A stretch of DNA of 64,000 bases from an uncultured Clostridia bacterium (GCA_946401865.1 CAMIVO010000001.1:10026-74025); one strand, 5' to 3'; shown: positions 38,025 to 49,238, counted from the stretch's first letter. Translations and numbers: made by a program. The notes: generated from the letters alone by a model not told the origin.

Positions 38025-38046
38025 CATCATTATATCTTTTTCGCTT

Positions 38047-38937
38047 TTAATATTTTAATCCTAATCCATATAAGTCTTCATCAATCATTGTATGAACTCT
38101 TTTTAAAGTTCTTTCATTAGTAGATTTTAAGCTATTTTCAACAAATTCTGGATGTTCTATTAAGAATTGTTTTGCAGTTTCAAATGGATTGTCATAATAT
38201 TTGCAATCAAAATTATATTGTTCTTGATTAATAAATCCAAGATCTAAAGCCTGTTTAAGTAAATCTTTATCAACAATAACTATTGCATGAGATTTAACTC
38301 CAATTTTAGCTAAATTCTCTTTTCCACCTTCATTTCTGTCTATAATTACCATAGAGTTTTCTACTTTACCATTTAATTTTTCTATAGCAGGGACCCACAT
38401 TTTTGTAAAGCTAGATGCAATTGTTATCATATCTGCAACATGAAGAACTTTTGCTCCTTGTAAATCAGCTGTTTCTTCTGCTGTAGAAAAATCATAATTA
38501 CTTTTTAAAGCTGTTACATCTTTGAAAACTGTTATGTGAGGTTTCTTTAAAAGATATGCTAAAATGTTTGAAAAATACCAATCTCTTCTTTCGCCACCAG
38601 AAATATATTCAAAATTATCTAATCCTATATTTTTTTCAATATATTCTTTTAATTGATCTATTACATAATGATAAATTTTATTTTTATTATATTGTTCAAT
38701 AACCCTATCAAAGATTTTTTTAGGTAAATCCTTTTTATTAGAATCTCCATTTTTTATTAATGCAAGTTCTTCGGTAATAAAATCTAATAGTACTTGTGCT
38801 TCTTGTTCACTTCCATATAAAAAATGTGTGTTAAAGAAATATGGACCAATTAATCCTGATGTATACCAGAATGGCTCATTTTCTTTACAAAATTTAATTG
38901 CTTTTGTTTCAAAGATGTAGTTTGTGATGTTTGACAT
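38047..38937 (-). CDS. Orotate-phosphoribosyltransferase-like (type I PRTase fold) protein
   Basis: 296 aa. The AIKF...SGLIGPYFFN N-terminus resembles OPRT; the PRPP loop VLHVADMITIASSF is degenerate. Confidence 0.45.
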   Translation of the reverse strand: MSNITNYIFETKAIKFCKENEPFWYTSGLIGPYFFNTHFLYGSEQEAQVLLDFITEELALIKNGDSNKKDLPKKIFDRVIEQYNKNKIYHYVIDQLKEYIEKNIGLDNFEYISGGERRDWYFSNILAYLLKKPHITVFKDVTALKSNYDFSTAEETADLQGAKVLHVADMITIASSFTKMWVPAIEKLNGKVENSMVIIDRNEGGKENLAKIGVKSHAIVIVDKDLLKQALDLGFINQEQYNFDCKYYDNPFETAKQFLIEHPEFVENSLKSTNERTLKRVHTMIDEDLYGLGLKY

Positions 38938-39143
38938 TTTAAAATTCCTCCTTATAAAAATAATAAATTTTTTTAATGAATTGTAAAATTATTGTATCAT
39001 AAAATAAAAAAAATTTCAAAAAAATATTGATATTTTTTTTTATTTGGGCTAAAATAGAGAAAGTTTAAAAAGATGATAATATACAAATCGTTAAAAAGCT
39101 CTATTTAAAGCTATTTTACATAAGGAAAAGGGAGGATTTAAAA

Positions 39144-40547
39144 TTGAAAGGAAATAAAATTAAATTAATAACAGAAATTTTAGCAATAGTTGTTATTGTT
39201 TTAATATCATTTGTAGGAGTGTATATGCAAGACTACAATAAAATGATAAACAAAGTTAAAGAATTTACATACAGTAAGGACCTAGACGGATATAGAGAAG
39301 TAGTTTTAGAGGTTTCAAATATAGATGATACAGAAACCAACGAAGGAAGTACTGAAAACAATGAAGATGCAGAAGCTTCTGAAGATGGTGAATCAAATAG
39401 CCAAGAAAAAGAAACTGAAAAAAGTTATTATGAAGAATATAAAGAAGCAAAAAAAATAATTGAAAAAAGATTAAAATTATTAGGTGTACAAGATTATAAT
39501 ATTAGTCAAAATGGAGATAATGGTTCTATATATTTGCAAATTCCAGAAAATGAAAATACAGATCATGTTTTAAGCAACTTGTTACAAATAGGAAATTTTG
39601 AAATTAAAGATTCAGAAGATTCATCTAAAGTATTTATAAATAATGATAACCTAAAAAAAGTTTCAACAGTATATAATACTACAGCTAATGGAACAATAGT
39701 ATATCTTCAGTTTGATTTTGATAAAAATGGAAAGAAAACTCTAAAAGACCTAAGTTCTGGAGAATACAAAACAAATACCGAAGATAATACAAGTAGTGCA
39801 AATGAAGAAGAAACACCAGAAAATAATTCAGAAGAAACTGCTGAATCTACTGAAAATAGTGAAACTGAACAAAAAGAAGAGAATAAACAGAAAAAAATTA
39901 TTTTAGCTATTGATGACAGTGATTTAATTACATCAAGTTTTGATGATGTTATGGAAACAGGTTCAATTAACTTATCTATGAATAGAGCCACAACAGATCA
40001 AGAGTCAATAAATGATACAGAAAAATCAGCTTCAACAATTGCTAATATATTAAATTCTGGAAAAATGCCTTTAACATATGAAATTAAACAAAATGCATAT
40101 ATACAAAGTGATATAACCAAATCTACTTTAAGCAAAATATGTTTTATAATTTCAATTATTTTTGCTGTTTGTTTAATATATATAATTCTTAAATTTAAAT
40201 CTAAGGGTATTATTGCAGTAATTGCAAATATTGGATTTATTGCACTAGACTTATTACTTGTTAGATATGCAAATGTTTCAATTTCACTTGAAAGCATTGT
40301 TGTAGCAGTTATTATTGCATTATGCAATTATTTAATGGTATATGAATTTTTAAGTACAAAAGAAGCTAAAAAAACACAAGAACTATTTAAGTCACAAATT
40401 ATAAAAGCTATTCCTATTCTATTAATAGCAATAATATTTACATTTTCAGCATTTACTAAACTTTCAACAGCAGGAATGTTCTTATTCTGGGGTGTAACAT
40501 TAAGCTTTATATATAACTACACACTTACTAGAGATATGATTAAATAA
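39144..40547 (+). CDS. Multi-pass membrane protein with weak SecD-like features and an acidic low-complexity insert
   Basis: 467 aa with a TTG start: N-terminal TM, periplasmic-type domain (LQIGNFEIKD, GKMPLTYEI) and C-terminal TM bundle. Confidence 0.4.
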   Translation: MKGNKIKLITEILAIVVIVLISFVGVYMQDYNKMINKVKEFTYSKDLDGYREVVLEVSNIDDTETNEGSTENNEDAEASEDGESNSQEKETEKSYYEEYKEAKKIIEKRLKLLGVQDYNISQNGDNGSIYLQIPENENTDHVLSNLLQIGNFEIKDSEDSSKVFINNDNLKKVSTVYNTTANGTIVYLQFDFDKNGKKTLKDLSSGEYKTNTEDNTSSANEEETPENNSEETAESTENSETEQKEENKQKKIILAIDDSDLITSSFDDVMETGSINLSMNRATTDQESINDTEKSASTIANILNSGKMPLTYEIKQNAYIQSDITKSTLSKICFIISIIFAVCLIYIILKFKSKGIIAVIANIGFIALDLLLVRYANVSISLESIVVAVIIALCNYLMVYEFLSTKEAKKTQELFKSQIIKAIPILLIAIIFTFSAFTKLSTAGMFLFWGVTLSFIYNYTLTRDMIK

Positions 40548-40568
40548 ATAGGAAAGGACGAAAAATAA

Positions 40569-41231
40569 ATGAAAAATAAGTTATTATATTTAATTTTAAT
40601 ATTAATTATTATATTTGGCGCAATTGTCTATGCTATAAAAGGTTTTAATAAAGAACTTAATTATTCAAACAGACAAGAGTTTGAAATTTCATCTGCTTCT
40701 ACTTTGGATGAAATAAAAATAGAAGAAATTGCAAAATCTGTTATTACAGATAGGGGAGTAAAAGTACAAAAGTTAGAAAGATTTAATAATGCATTAGAAA
40801 TAATTTCTACAAGTATTTCAGAAGAAGAAAAAGAAAATATTATTAATAAAATAAACGAAGAATGTAATGAAAGTATTTCAAATGAAAATACTAAAATTAT
40901 ATCTATTACAAGTACAAGAATAATTGATATTCTTAAACCATATCTTTTACCAGCAATTATAACTTTTTCAGCAGTATTGTTATATTTCTTGTTTTTATAT
41001 AATAAACTTGGAATAAAAATGGTTTTAATGAAAGCAATATCTATACCAATATTGTTTGAAATAGCGTATTATGCTATAATTGCAATTACTAGAATTCCAT
41101 TTGGAAGAATTACAAATAGTTTAGCAATTGGTATTTATATTTTATCAATCGGAGCATTAAGTATATGTTTCCAAAATGAAAAAGAAAAAATTATTATGGA
41201 AGAAAAAAACAAAAAGGAGAATGATGAGTAA
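40569..41231 (+). CDS. Membrane protein with weak SecF-like features
   Basis: 220 aa: N-terminal TM, a small alpha/beta-like domain, then C-terminal TMs. Adjacent to the SecD-like gene. Confidence 0.35.
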   Translation: MKNKLLYLILILIIIFGAIVYAIKGFNKELNYSNRQEFEISSASTLDEIKIEEIAKSVITDRGVKVQKLERFNNALEIISTSISEEEKENIINKINEECNESISNENTKIISITSTRIIDILKPYLLPAIITFSAVLLYFLFLYNKLGIKMVLMKAISIPILFEIAYYAIIAITRIPFGRITNSLAIGIYILSIGALSICFQNEKEKIIMEEKNKKENDE

Positions 41232-41710
41232 TGGGAGAAAATCAGGAGGTTATTTTAACTCAAGAAGGTTATAAAAAATTAGAAGAACAATTAAATTATT
41301 TAAAAACAGAGAAAAGAACAGAAATTGCAGAAAGAATTAAAACTGCAAGAGGATTTGGAGATTTATCTGAAAACTCTGAATATGATGAAGCAAAATCTGC
41401 TCAAAGAGAAAATGAAGAAGAAATTGCAGAACTTGAACAAAAAATAAGAAACGCAAAAATTATTGACGAAGCAGAAATTGATACTAAAACTGTTCAAATA
41501 GGAAATCTTGTAAAATTATTAGATATTGAATTTAATGAGGAGGTTGAATATACAATTGTTGGATCAACAGAAGTAAATTTAGCTGAAAACAAAGTGTCAA
41601 ATGTATCTCCAATAGGAAAAGCCCTATTAGGAAGAAAAAAAGGAGAAACAGTTGATGTAGAAGCACCAGCAGGAGTTATTCAATATAAAATTTTAGCAAT
41701 AAAGAAATAA
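41231..41710 (+). CDS. greA: Transcription elongation factor GreA
   Basis: 159 aa with [13 protein letters not shown]...[13 protein letters not shown] and the C-terminal FKBP-like domain. Confidence 0.92.
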   Translation: MGENQEVILTQEGYKKLEEQLNYLKTEKRTEIAERIKTARGFGDLSENSEYDEAKSAQRENEEEIAELEQKIRNAKIIDEAEIDTKTVQIGNLVKLLDIEFNEEVEYTIVGSTEVNLAENKVSNVSPIGKALLGRKKGETVDVEAPAGVIQYKILAIKK

Positions 41711-41739
41711 AAAAACAAAACTATCATATATTTTAAAAG

Positions 41740-42549
41740 GTGAAATATATGATAGTTTTTTTTATAGAAGAGTCAAATAAATTTAAGTTTTTTAAGAAAA
41801 TTGAAGTTAAAGAAGATAAAATTTATATAAATAAAAAAATAGACAAGATAAATAAAAATATTGTACATAATATTTTAAAAATACTCAAAAATAATAATTG
41901 TAGAAATGTTGTTATTTCAAAAAATTTGAAGAAAAGCCAATTACTTTTAAATTGCATGTATAGTAATAATATAAATATAATTCAAGGAAAAATGTTATCT
42001 AAAATTATGGTAGAAGATTTAATAACTAATATTTGTGATAAAAATAAAATTAATTTAAAAGACTGCAAAATAGCTTTTTCACTAAATTATGCAGAAAACT
42101 ATATTTTAAATGCAATTGAAAATCTATCAAAAAAATTTAAAACAATTAGTATTGTTACAAATAATATACAACAATTTGAGCAATTTAAAGGTAAATTATA
42201 TAATGAATATGGTGTTATACTTACACTTTCAAATAACAAGAAAAAAGCTCTTTTAAGAAGTAATATAATTGTTAATGTGGATTTTCCAGATGAAGTTTTA
42301 AATAAATATTATATTTATGATAATGCAATTATTATAAATTTGGAAGAATATGTAAATATTCATAAAAAACGTTTTTCTGGGAAGATAATAAATGATTATA
42401 ATATTCTGTTAAAGGAAAACTCAAATATTGCAATTGAATTACAAAAAGTTGAATATAAAAAATATGATTTAAAAGATTTAGCAGAGTTGTTTGTTATAAA
42501 ATATCCAAGAGAGGCTGAAAATATAGTTGTTGACAAATTATTTATATAA
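41740..42549 (+). CDS. Hypothetical protein (269 aa)
   Basis: ORF with a GTG start; no recognisable motif. Confidence 0.4.
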   Translation: MKYMIVFFIEESNKFKFFKKIEVKEDKIYINKKIDKINKNIVHNILKILKNNNCRNVVISKNLKKSQLLLNCMYSNNINIIQGKMLSKIMVEDLITNICDKNKINLKDCKIAFSLNYAENYILNAIENLSKKFKTISIVTNNIQQFEQFKGKLYNEYGVILTLSNNKKKALLRSNIIVNVDFPDEVLNKYYIYDNAIIINLEEYVNIHKKRFSGKIINDYNILLKENSNIAIELQKVEYKKYDLKDLAELFVIKYPREAENIVVDKLFI

Positions 42550-42630
42550 AGACTAAATATAATTATATTATGTATAAAACTTCTAAATATGTTAATAATA
42601 AAAATAATTAAGTTTTTAGGAGGATTATAT

Positions 42631-43491
42631 ATGGGAATGCATTTTAGAGAAAGTGAAGAAAAAATCACAATTGGAATGATTGTAGCTGGAATTATAATTA
42701 TAGGTATACTTTTAACAAGTTTAATAGTATATTTGTTAAATGTAAATAGTTCAAAAGTTAATGATAGTGTTTTACAAAATACTCAAATTTCAAAACTAGA
42801 AAATACAGATGAATTTGAAGATGTAAGTAGCGAGTTTGGAAAATCTGTTAATGAAGCTATAAATGAGATAAATTCAGATAGTTCTTTAAATGTAACTTCA
42901 AATACAAATTCAGAAAGTGTTTCTACAAATACAAATACCGAAAATACTTCAAATATAAAATCAGAAAATACCACAATTGAAACAAAAACCAACAGTACGG
43001 ATAATACAAATAAAAATGAAACTTCAGAAACTACTGCTAATATAAATAAAGATGATAAAACTGAAGAAAATAAAGAAGAAAAAAATAATATTACATTTAT
43101 AGAGCCAGTAAAAGGAGAAATTATACGTGAATTTGCGCCAGATTCACTTGTCTATTCTGAAACTTTAAAAGAATGGATAACTCATAATGGCGTAGATATC
43201 AAGGCTGATAAGACAAGTGTTGTTGTTTCAGCATGTGATGGAAAAGTTTCTGCAATAAAAAACGATCCAAGATATGGGCTAACTGTTATAATAGAGCATA
43301 ATAATGGATACAAAACTATTTATGCAAATTTACTAACTGCCGAATATGTTGTAGAAGGTGAAGAAGTAACTGCTGGACAAACAATTGGAACTGTTGGAAA
43401 CTCAGCAAATTTTGAAATAGCAGATGATTATCATTTACATTTTGAAATCATAAAAGATGGAGAATATATAAATCCACTTCAATATTTTTAA
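42631..43491 (+). CDS. M23-family (LytM-type) metallopeptidase with a membrane anchor and a Ser/Thr/Asn-rich linker
   Basis: HNGVDI...GYKTIYANL...HLHFEI motifs. Start placed at the ATG after GGAGG (track ORF starts at 42589). Confidence 0.8.
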   Translation: MGMHFRESEEKITIGMIVAGIIIIGILLTSLIVYLLNVNSSKVNDSVLQNTQISKLENTDEFEDVSSEFGKSVNEAINEINSDSSLNVTSNTNSESVSTNTNTENTSNIKSENTTIETKTNSTDNTNKNETSETTANINKDDKTEENKEEKNNITFIEPVKGEIIREFAPDSLVYSETLKEWITHNGVDIKADKTSVVVSACDGKVSAIKNDPRYGLTVIIEHNNGYKTIYANLLTAEYVVEGEEVTAGQTIGTVGNSANFEIADDYHLHFEIIKDGEYINPLQYF

Positions 43492-43766
43492 AAACTGTCA
43501 ATTAGAATTGCAGTTCAGTTAAAATAATCTTAAAGCCCGCGACAAGTTTATATATTTATTTTTAAAGTAAACTTGTGCGGGGACCACTTTCTTACAAAAT
43601 GTTTTCAAATATGAGAATTTTTAGGAAGCTTGACTTCCGTTAAAAAATTCCATATTTGATTACATTTTTGTTAGAAAGAAGGGATTTACGCATAAAAATA
43701 AATATATAAACTTTAGACAGGGCAAAATTATTTATTTTCTGAACTACAATTATAATTGACAGTTTT
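43491..43766. other. Long imperfect palindrome E3 (276 bp), flanked by T/A-runs on both sides
   Basis: Termini AAAACTGTCAATTAGAATTGCAGTTCAG / CTGAACTACAATTATAATTGACAGTTTT; apex GGAAG-cttga-CTTCC at 43624-43638. An internal inverted pair of AAATAAATATATAAA is shared with E2. Confidence 0.45.
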
Positions 43767-43850
43767 TTTTAAAAATATTTGAAAAATTTTGTATTTTATG
43801 CTAATATATTAAAGAAAAAAATAATGGAGAAATATAAGGGATAATTAGTT

Positions 43851-44705
43851 ATGATAAATATACTTTTATGTGGTAATAATAAAGTTTTTGATGGAATGCT
43901 CACAGAGCTTATATCAATAACCAATAGAACAAATGAAGCAATTAGATGTTATATATTTACAGCAGAATTAACAAGAATAAAAAAAGAATATATTGCACTA
44001 GGTGAAGAAGAAGCTGAATTTTTAGATAATTTAGTAAAATCTAAAAATCCAAATTCAGAAGTAAAATCAATTGACGTTACTTCTATTTATGAACAAGAAT
44101 TTATGAAAAGTCCTAATGAAAGTGCATATTGTACACCATATACTTTACTTAGACTTTTAGCAGATAAGATTGAGGAAATTCCTGATAAATTATTATATTT
44201 AGATGTAGATATGATGATTGATGGTGATATTTCAGAATTATTTAACATAGATATAGAAGATTATGAATATGCTGCTGTAAAAGAAAAATATGGATGTGTA
44301 TTTATTAGACCAGATTATATAAATGCTGGTATGTTACTTTTAAATATGAAAAAAATAAAAGAAACAGGACTTTTAGAAAAAGCAAGAACTAAGATAAAAA
44401 CCAAAAAAATGCTTTTTGCAGATCAAGATGCAGTATATTGGTCAACAACTAAAAAGAAGCTTCTTCCAAGAAGATATAATGAACAATCTAAATTTGATAG
44501 GGAAGACACTTTAGTATGTCATTTTTGCAAGAGACTAATGTTTAGACCATATCCACATACTACAAATTTTAAACAATGGAATATTGAAAAAGTACATAAT
44601 GAATTAAAATGCCATAGATTTGATGATGACTTAAATAAATATTTAGAATTAAAAAAAGAGTTTGAAAAAAGTAAAAGGGGAAAAGTAAAAAATGAATACA
44701 AATAG
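43851..44705 (+). CDS. Glycosyltransferase family 8 protein
   Basis: 284 aa with a YLDVDMMI DxD motif and GT8-type N-terminus. Confidence 0.7.
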   Translation: MINILLCGNNKVFDGMLTELISITNRTNEAIRCYIFTAELTRIKKEYIALGEEEAEFLDNLVKSKNPNSEVKSIDVTSIYEQEFMKSPNESAYCTPYTLLRLLADKIEEIPDKLLYLDVDMMIDGDISELFNIDIEDYEYAAVKEKYGCVFIRPDYINAGMLLLNMKKIKETGLLEKARTKIKTKKMLFADQDAVYWSTTKKKLLPRRYNEQSKFDREDTLVCHFCKRLMFRPYPHTTNFKQWNIEKVHNELKCHRFDDDLNKYLELKKEFEKSKRGKVKNEYK

Positions 44706-46545
44706 TAAAAAAGAAATACCTATATTTTTTGCATTAAATGATGCATATATTCCGTTTTTAGCAGTTACAATAAAATCTTTAATAGATAATTCATCAGAAA
44801 ATTATTTATATAATTTAAGGATTTTATATACAAGTATCTCTAAAGAAAATATTGAAAGAATAAAAAAATTTGCCAAAGATAATGTAATAATTGAATTTGT
44901 TGATTTGAATTATTATATAGATAGAATAAAAGATAAGCTTTATACTAGAGATTACTATTCTAAAGATACATATTTTAGATTATTTTTACCTACTTTATAT
45001 CCTGAGTATGATAAAATATTATATTTAGATTGTGATATAGTTATTTTAGATGATATTGCAAAATTATATAATACTAATATTAATAATTATCTATTAGGGG
45101 CTGTTACAGAAGAAACAGCAATTTATACTCAAGAAGTAAAAAATTATGCCAAACGTGTAATTGGAGTTAGTGATAATAAACATTACTTTAATGCGGGTAT
45201 TCTATTAATGAATTTAAAAGAACTTAGAGAATTTGGCTTGCAAGAAAAATTCTTATATTTATTAGAAAAAAATATCTACTCAGTAGCACAAGACCAAGAT
45301 TATTTAAATAGAATGTGCAAGGGAAGAGTAAAATATTTAAGCCAAATGTGGAACAAATCTCCTGCTCCTCTAAAAAATGTTAATCCAAACAAAATAAAAA
45401 TTATACATTATACATTAGCTCGTAAGCCATGGCATAATGATTCAGTTCTATATAGTGAGTATTTCTGGAATTATGCTAAGCAAACTGACTTTTATGAAGA
45501 AATTTTAGAAATTAAGAGAAATTATACCCCTGAGCAATTAAAAGAGGATGAGGAAAAAACAAAAAAACTATTTGAACTTGCTGAATTTGAAACTGAATGT
45601 GTAGGATATGATAGAACACCTAGAAGCTACAGTAAAATTAAAAATACTTTATTATCATTAAGAAAAAGAAATGTTTTAGTAAAACAATCTGAAGATAGGT
45701 TAGCAATACTAGAAGAAATTGCAAAACTTGAAAAAGAAGGAAAATTTGATGTAGATGCAGAAAATGATCCACCAACCATTCCAATTATGCCAGGAGAAGT
45801 AGATTACTTAAATGAAAAACTAACAAGTAAATTAAAGACTACAGTTGCAAATACTATTGGTCTTGGATTTATTAAAGAATTACTTAGAAAAAATCAGCTT
45901 ATGATTAAAGAAATAAATGGCTTAGAAAACATAAATGATCTTACAGGTGGAGCAATTCTAACTTGCAATCATTTTAATCCATTTGATGTTTTTGCAGTTG
46001 AAACAGCATTTAGATCTTCAAACAAAAAAAGAAAAACTTTGTATAAAGTAATAAGAGAAGGAAATTATACAAATTTTCCTGGATTTTATGGATATTTGTT
46101 TAGAAATAGTAATACATTGCCTTTAGCTACTTCTCCAAAAGCAATGGAAGAATTTATAAGAGCTGTTGAAAAAATACTTGCTGATGATGAATATATACTT
46201 ATTTATCCAGAACAAAGCTTATGGTGGAACTATAAAAAGCCAAAGCCATTAAAAAGCGGTGCATTCAGATTCGCAAGTAAAAACAATGTACCAGTAGTTC
46301 CAATTTTTATTACTATGAAAAACAGTGATAAAATCGGAGATGATGGATTCCCAATTCTTGAATATTACATAAACATAGATAAGCCAATTTATCCAGATGA
46401 AAGTCTTTCAGTTAAAGAAAATACAGAAAATATGAAAGCTAAAAATTATGAAGTATGGAAAAATATATACGAAAATTTCTACAATATTCCATTAGAATAT
46501 ACAACTCAAAAGGAAGAAGATAGTGAAAAAAGCAAAAAAGAATAA
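44692..46545 (+). CDS. Fusion protein: N-terminal GT8 glycosyltransferase plus C-terminal PlsC-type acyltransferase
   Basis: 617 aa with YLDCDIVI DxD at about aa 100 and NHFNPFDV (HX4D) plus YPEQSLWW in the C-terminal half. Confidence 0.7.
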   Translation: MNTNSKKEIPIFFALNDAYIPFLAVTIKSLIDNSSENYLYNLRILYTSISKENIERIKKFAKDNVIIEFVDLNYYIDRIKDKLYTRDYYSKDTYFRLFLPTLYPEYDKILYLDCDIVILDDIAKLYNTNINNYLLGAVTEETAIYTQEVKNYAKRVIGVSDNKHYFNAGILLMNLKELREFGLQEKFLYLLEKNIYSVAQDQDYLNRMCKGRVKYLSQMWNKSPAPLKNVNPNKIKIIHYTLARKPWHNDSVLYSEYFWNYAKQTDFYEEILEIKRNYTPEQLKEDEEKTKKLFELAEFETECVGYDRTPRSYSKIKNTLLSLRKRNVLVKQSEDRLAILEEIAKLEKEGKFDVDAENDPPTIPIMPGEVDYLNEKLTSKLKTTVANTIGLGFIKELLRKNQLMIKEINGLENINDLTGGAILTCNHFNPFDVFAVETAFRSSNKKRKTLYKVIREGNYTNFPGFYGYLFRNSNTLPLATSPKAMEEFIRAVEKILADDEYILIYPEQSLWWNYKKPKPLKSGAFRFASKNNVPVVPIFITMKNSDKIGDDGFPILEYYINIDKPIYPDESLSVKENTENMKAKNYEVWKNIYENFYNIPLEYTTQKEEDSEKSKKE

Positions 46546-47308
46546 TGAAAAAATATATTATTATACAGATGAACTTGAAGATGATTTTGCAACAATGGAA
46601 AATATAAAATTGGTAAATGTAGACGAAAACTATAAATTTATACACAAAAATCCAATTTGGAATATAGCATCTCTTTTTACACAAAATGTTTTAAGTATGC
46701 CAATTAAGTATTTATATGCTAAAATAAAATTTAATATAAAATATATTGGAAAAGAAAAATTAAAAAATGCAAAAAACAGGGGATATTTTATTTATGCAAA
46801 TCATACTCAAATTTTTGCAGATACTTTTATACCAAGCCTTGCAAATTACCCTAAAAGAAACTTCTTTATTGTTAATCCTGCAAATATATCAATGCCAGGT
46901 TTAAAACTTTTGGTTAGACTATTAGGTGCATATCCTATTCCTTCAAATCTAAAAGCATATAAGAATTTTTTAAAAGCAATAAAAACAACAATTGAAAGAA
47001 AACATAGTATAACAATATATCCAGAAGCTCATATTTGGCCTTATTATACAAAAATAAGAAATTTTAAGACAGTTTCATTTAAATACCCAATTGAATTAAA
47101 TGCAGATGTTTTTTGTTTAACAAATACCTATCATAAAAGGAAAAATGGAAAAGTTCAAATTATTTCTTATATAGATGGTCCATTTAAAGTAAATAATGGT
47201 CTTTCAAAAAAAGAAGCTGAACAAGATTTAAGAGATAGAGTATATAGTAAAATGGTTGAAAGAAGTCAAAATTCAGACTTTGAAAAAATAAAATATATAA
47301 AAAAATAA
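46523..47308 (+). CDS. PlsC-family (lysophospholipid) acyltransferase
   Basis: 261 aa with ANHTQIFADTF (HX4D) and IYPEAHIW motifs. Confidence 0.65.
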   Translation: MKKAKKNNEKIYYYTDELEDDFATMENIKLVNVDENYKFIHKNPIWNIASLFTQNVLSMPIKYLYAKIKFNIKYIGKEKLKNAKNRGYFIYANHTQIFADTFIPSLANYPKRNFFIVNPANISMPGLKLLVRLLGAYPIPSNLKAYKNFLKAIKTTIERKHSITIYPEAHIWPYYTKIRNFKTVSFKYPIELNADVFCLTNTYHKRKNGKVQIISYIDGPFKVNNGLSKKEAEQDLRDRVYSKMVERSQNSDFEKIKYIKK

Positions 47309-47341
47309 ATATAATTATTTTAAATAGAGAGGAAACATTAT

Positions 47342-49238
47342 ATGAAAATAGGAAACAATTTATTAAATACATTAAAAGAAAAACCACTTTTTAAATTTAA
47401 AAAATTAAAATTAGATAATATAGGAGATATAGAAGAATTAAAAAAAGACTATTCTGAAGCTGATGTAAAACCAAAAAAGCATAATTTCAAACCTGGAGAA
47501 CATTATCCAGAAACACATTATGAAACAATAAAAGAATTCTATTTAAAAACAATAGAAAAGTTTCCAGATAGAACTTTTATTTTAGATAAAGATAATCCAA
47601 AAGATGATAAATTTAAAGAATATACATTTAAAAAATTTAATGAGGATGTACAGGCACTAGGTACTGCTTTAACCAATAAGTATAATTTAAAAAATGAAAG
47701 AATAGTTATAATTGGTGAGAATCAATATGCTTGGTATGTTTCTTATATTGCACTTTTAATTGGAGCTGGAATTGCAGTTCCTGTAGATAAAGAGCTTCCT
47801 GAAAATGAAATTGAAAATGTTGTTAATAGATCAAAAGCAACAGCAGTTATTTACTCTACACATATAAAAGATAAAATAACAACTATAATTGATAATCTTC
47901 CACATGTTAAATACTTTATTCAAATGAAAAGTGATGATAAATTAGAAGGAAGAATGGTAGGTTTTAATACTGTAATAAAAGAAGGGAATGAACTTATCAA
48001 AAATGGAGATAATTCATTTATGGATATAGAAATAGATCCTGATGAATTTAAAGCATTATTTTTTACATCTGGAACAACTTCAAATAGTAAAGGTGTAATG
48101 GTAAATAATAGACAACTTGCAAATAATATAAATGCTGTTTCAGCTTATGTTGCAATTAATGAAAATGAAAGATTCTTTTCAGTATTACCTCTTCACCATA
48201 CATATGAATCAAGTATTGGATTTTTACTACCATTAGCAGTTGGCGCTTCAATAACTGTTTGTCAAGGATTAAGATATATTTCAGATAACTTAAAAGAAAC
48301 AAGTCCAAGTATTTTAATAGCTGTACCATTATTATTAGAAAGTCTATACAAGAATATTATGAAAAACATTAGAAAAAGTAAAAAAGAAAAAATTGTATCT
48401 TCAATGATGCAAATTACAAATATTTTAAAAAATTTTGGTATTGATATTAAAAGAAAAGTATTTAAAGAAATATATGATGGAATTGGTGGTAGAATGAAAT
48501 ATATGGTTTCTGCTGCAGCTCCTATTGATAAAAAGGTTGGTAAATGGTATACAGATTTAGGAATTATCTTCCTACAAGGATATGGTTTAACAGAGACATC
48601 ACCAATATCTGCTGTTACTCCTGATTTTGATACTAAAGTTGGTTCAGCCGGAAAAACTATAATTAATGGTAAAATTAAAGTAGATAAACCAGATGAAAAA
48701 GGAGAGGGAGAACTTTTAATATCTACAAACACTTTAATGATGGGATACTATGAAAATGAAGAAGCTACTAAAGAGGTTATAGAATATGACGAAGAGGGAA
48801 GAAGATGGTTCCATTCAGGAGATATTGGATATGTAGATAAAAATGATTTTGTTTATATAACAGGAAGAATTAAAAATGTAATTGTTACTCAAAATGGAAA
48901 AAATATTTTCCCAGAAGAGCTTGAATTATTACTATCAAGTATAGAAGAAATACAAGAATGTATGGTATATGGAAAAGAGGTAGAGCGGAGAAAAAGAGCT
49001 AATTGTAACTTGTAGAGCTATACCAAATTATGACAAAATTAAAGAATTATATGGAGATATAAGTGATAAAGAAGTTCATAAAATCATATGGGATAAAATA
49101 AAACAAGTTAATAAAAAAGTTACAAATTATAAGGCAATAAAAAGCTTAGAATTAAAAGATGGTGAATTTATAAAAACAACTACTAAAAAAATTAAAAGAT
49201 TTATAGAGATAAAAGAAGGAAAAATTAAAAATATATAA
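47342..49238 (+). pseudogene. Long-chain acyl-CoA ligase (AMP-binding family) with a +1 break at in-frame CGG 48986-48988
   Basis: FFTSGTTSNSKGV and GYGLTETS motifs. Skipping C48986 continues ...KEVEGEKELIVTCRAIPNYDKIKELYG... to TAA 49236-49238. Confidence 0.8.
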
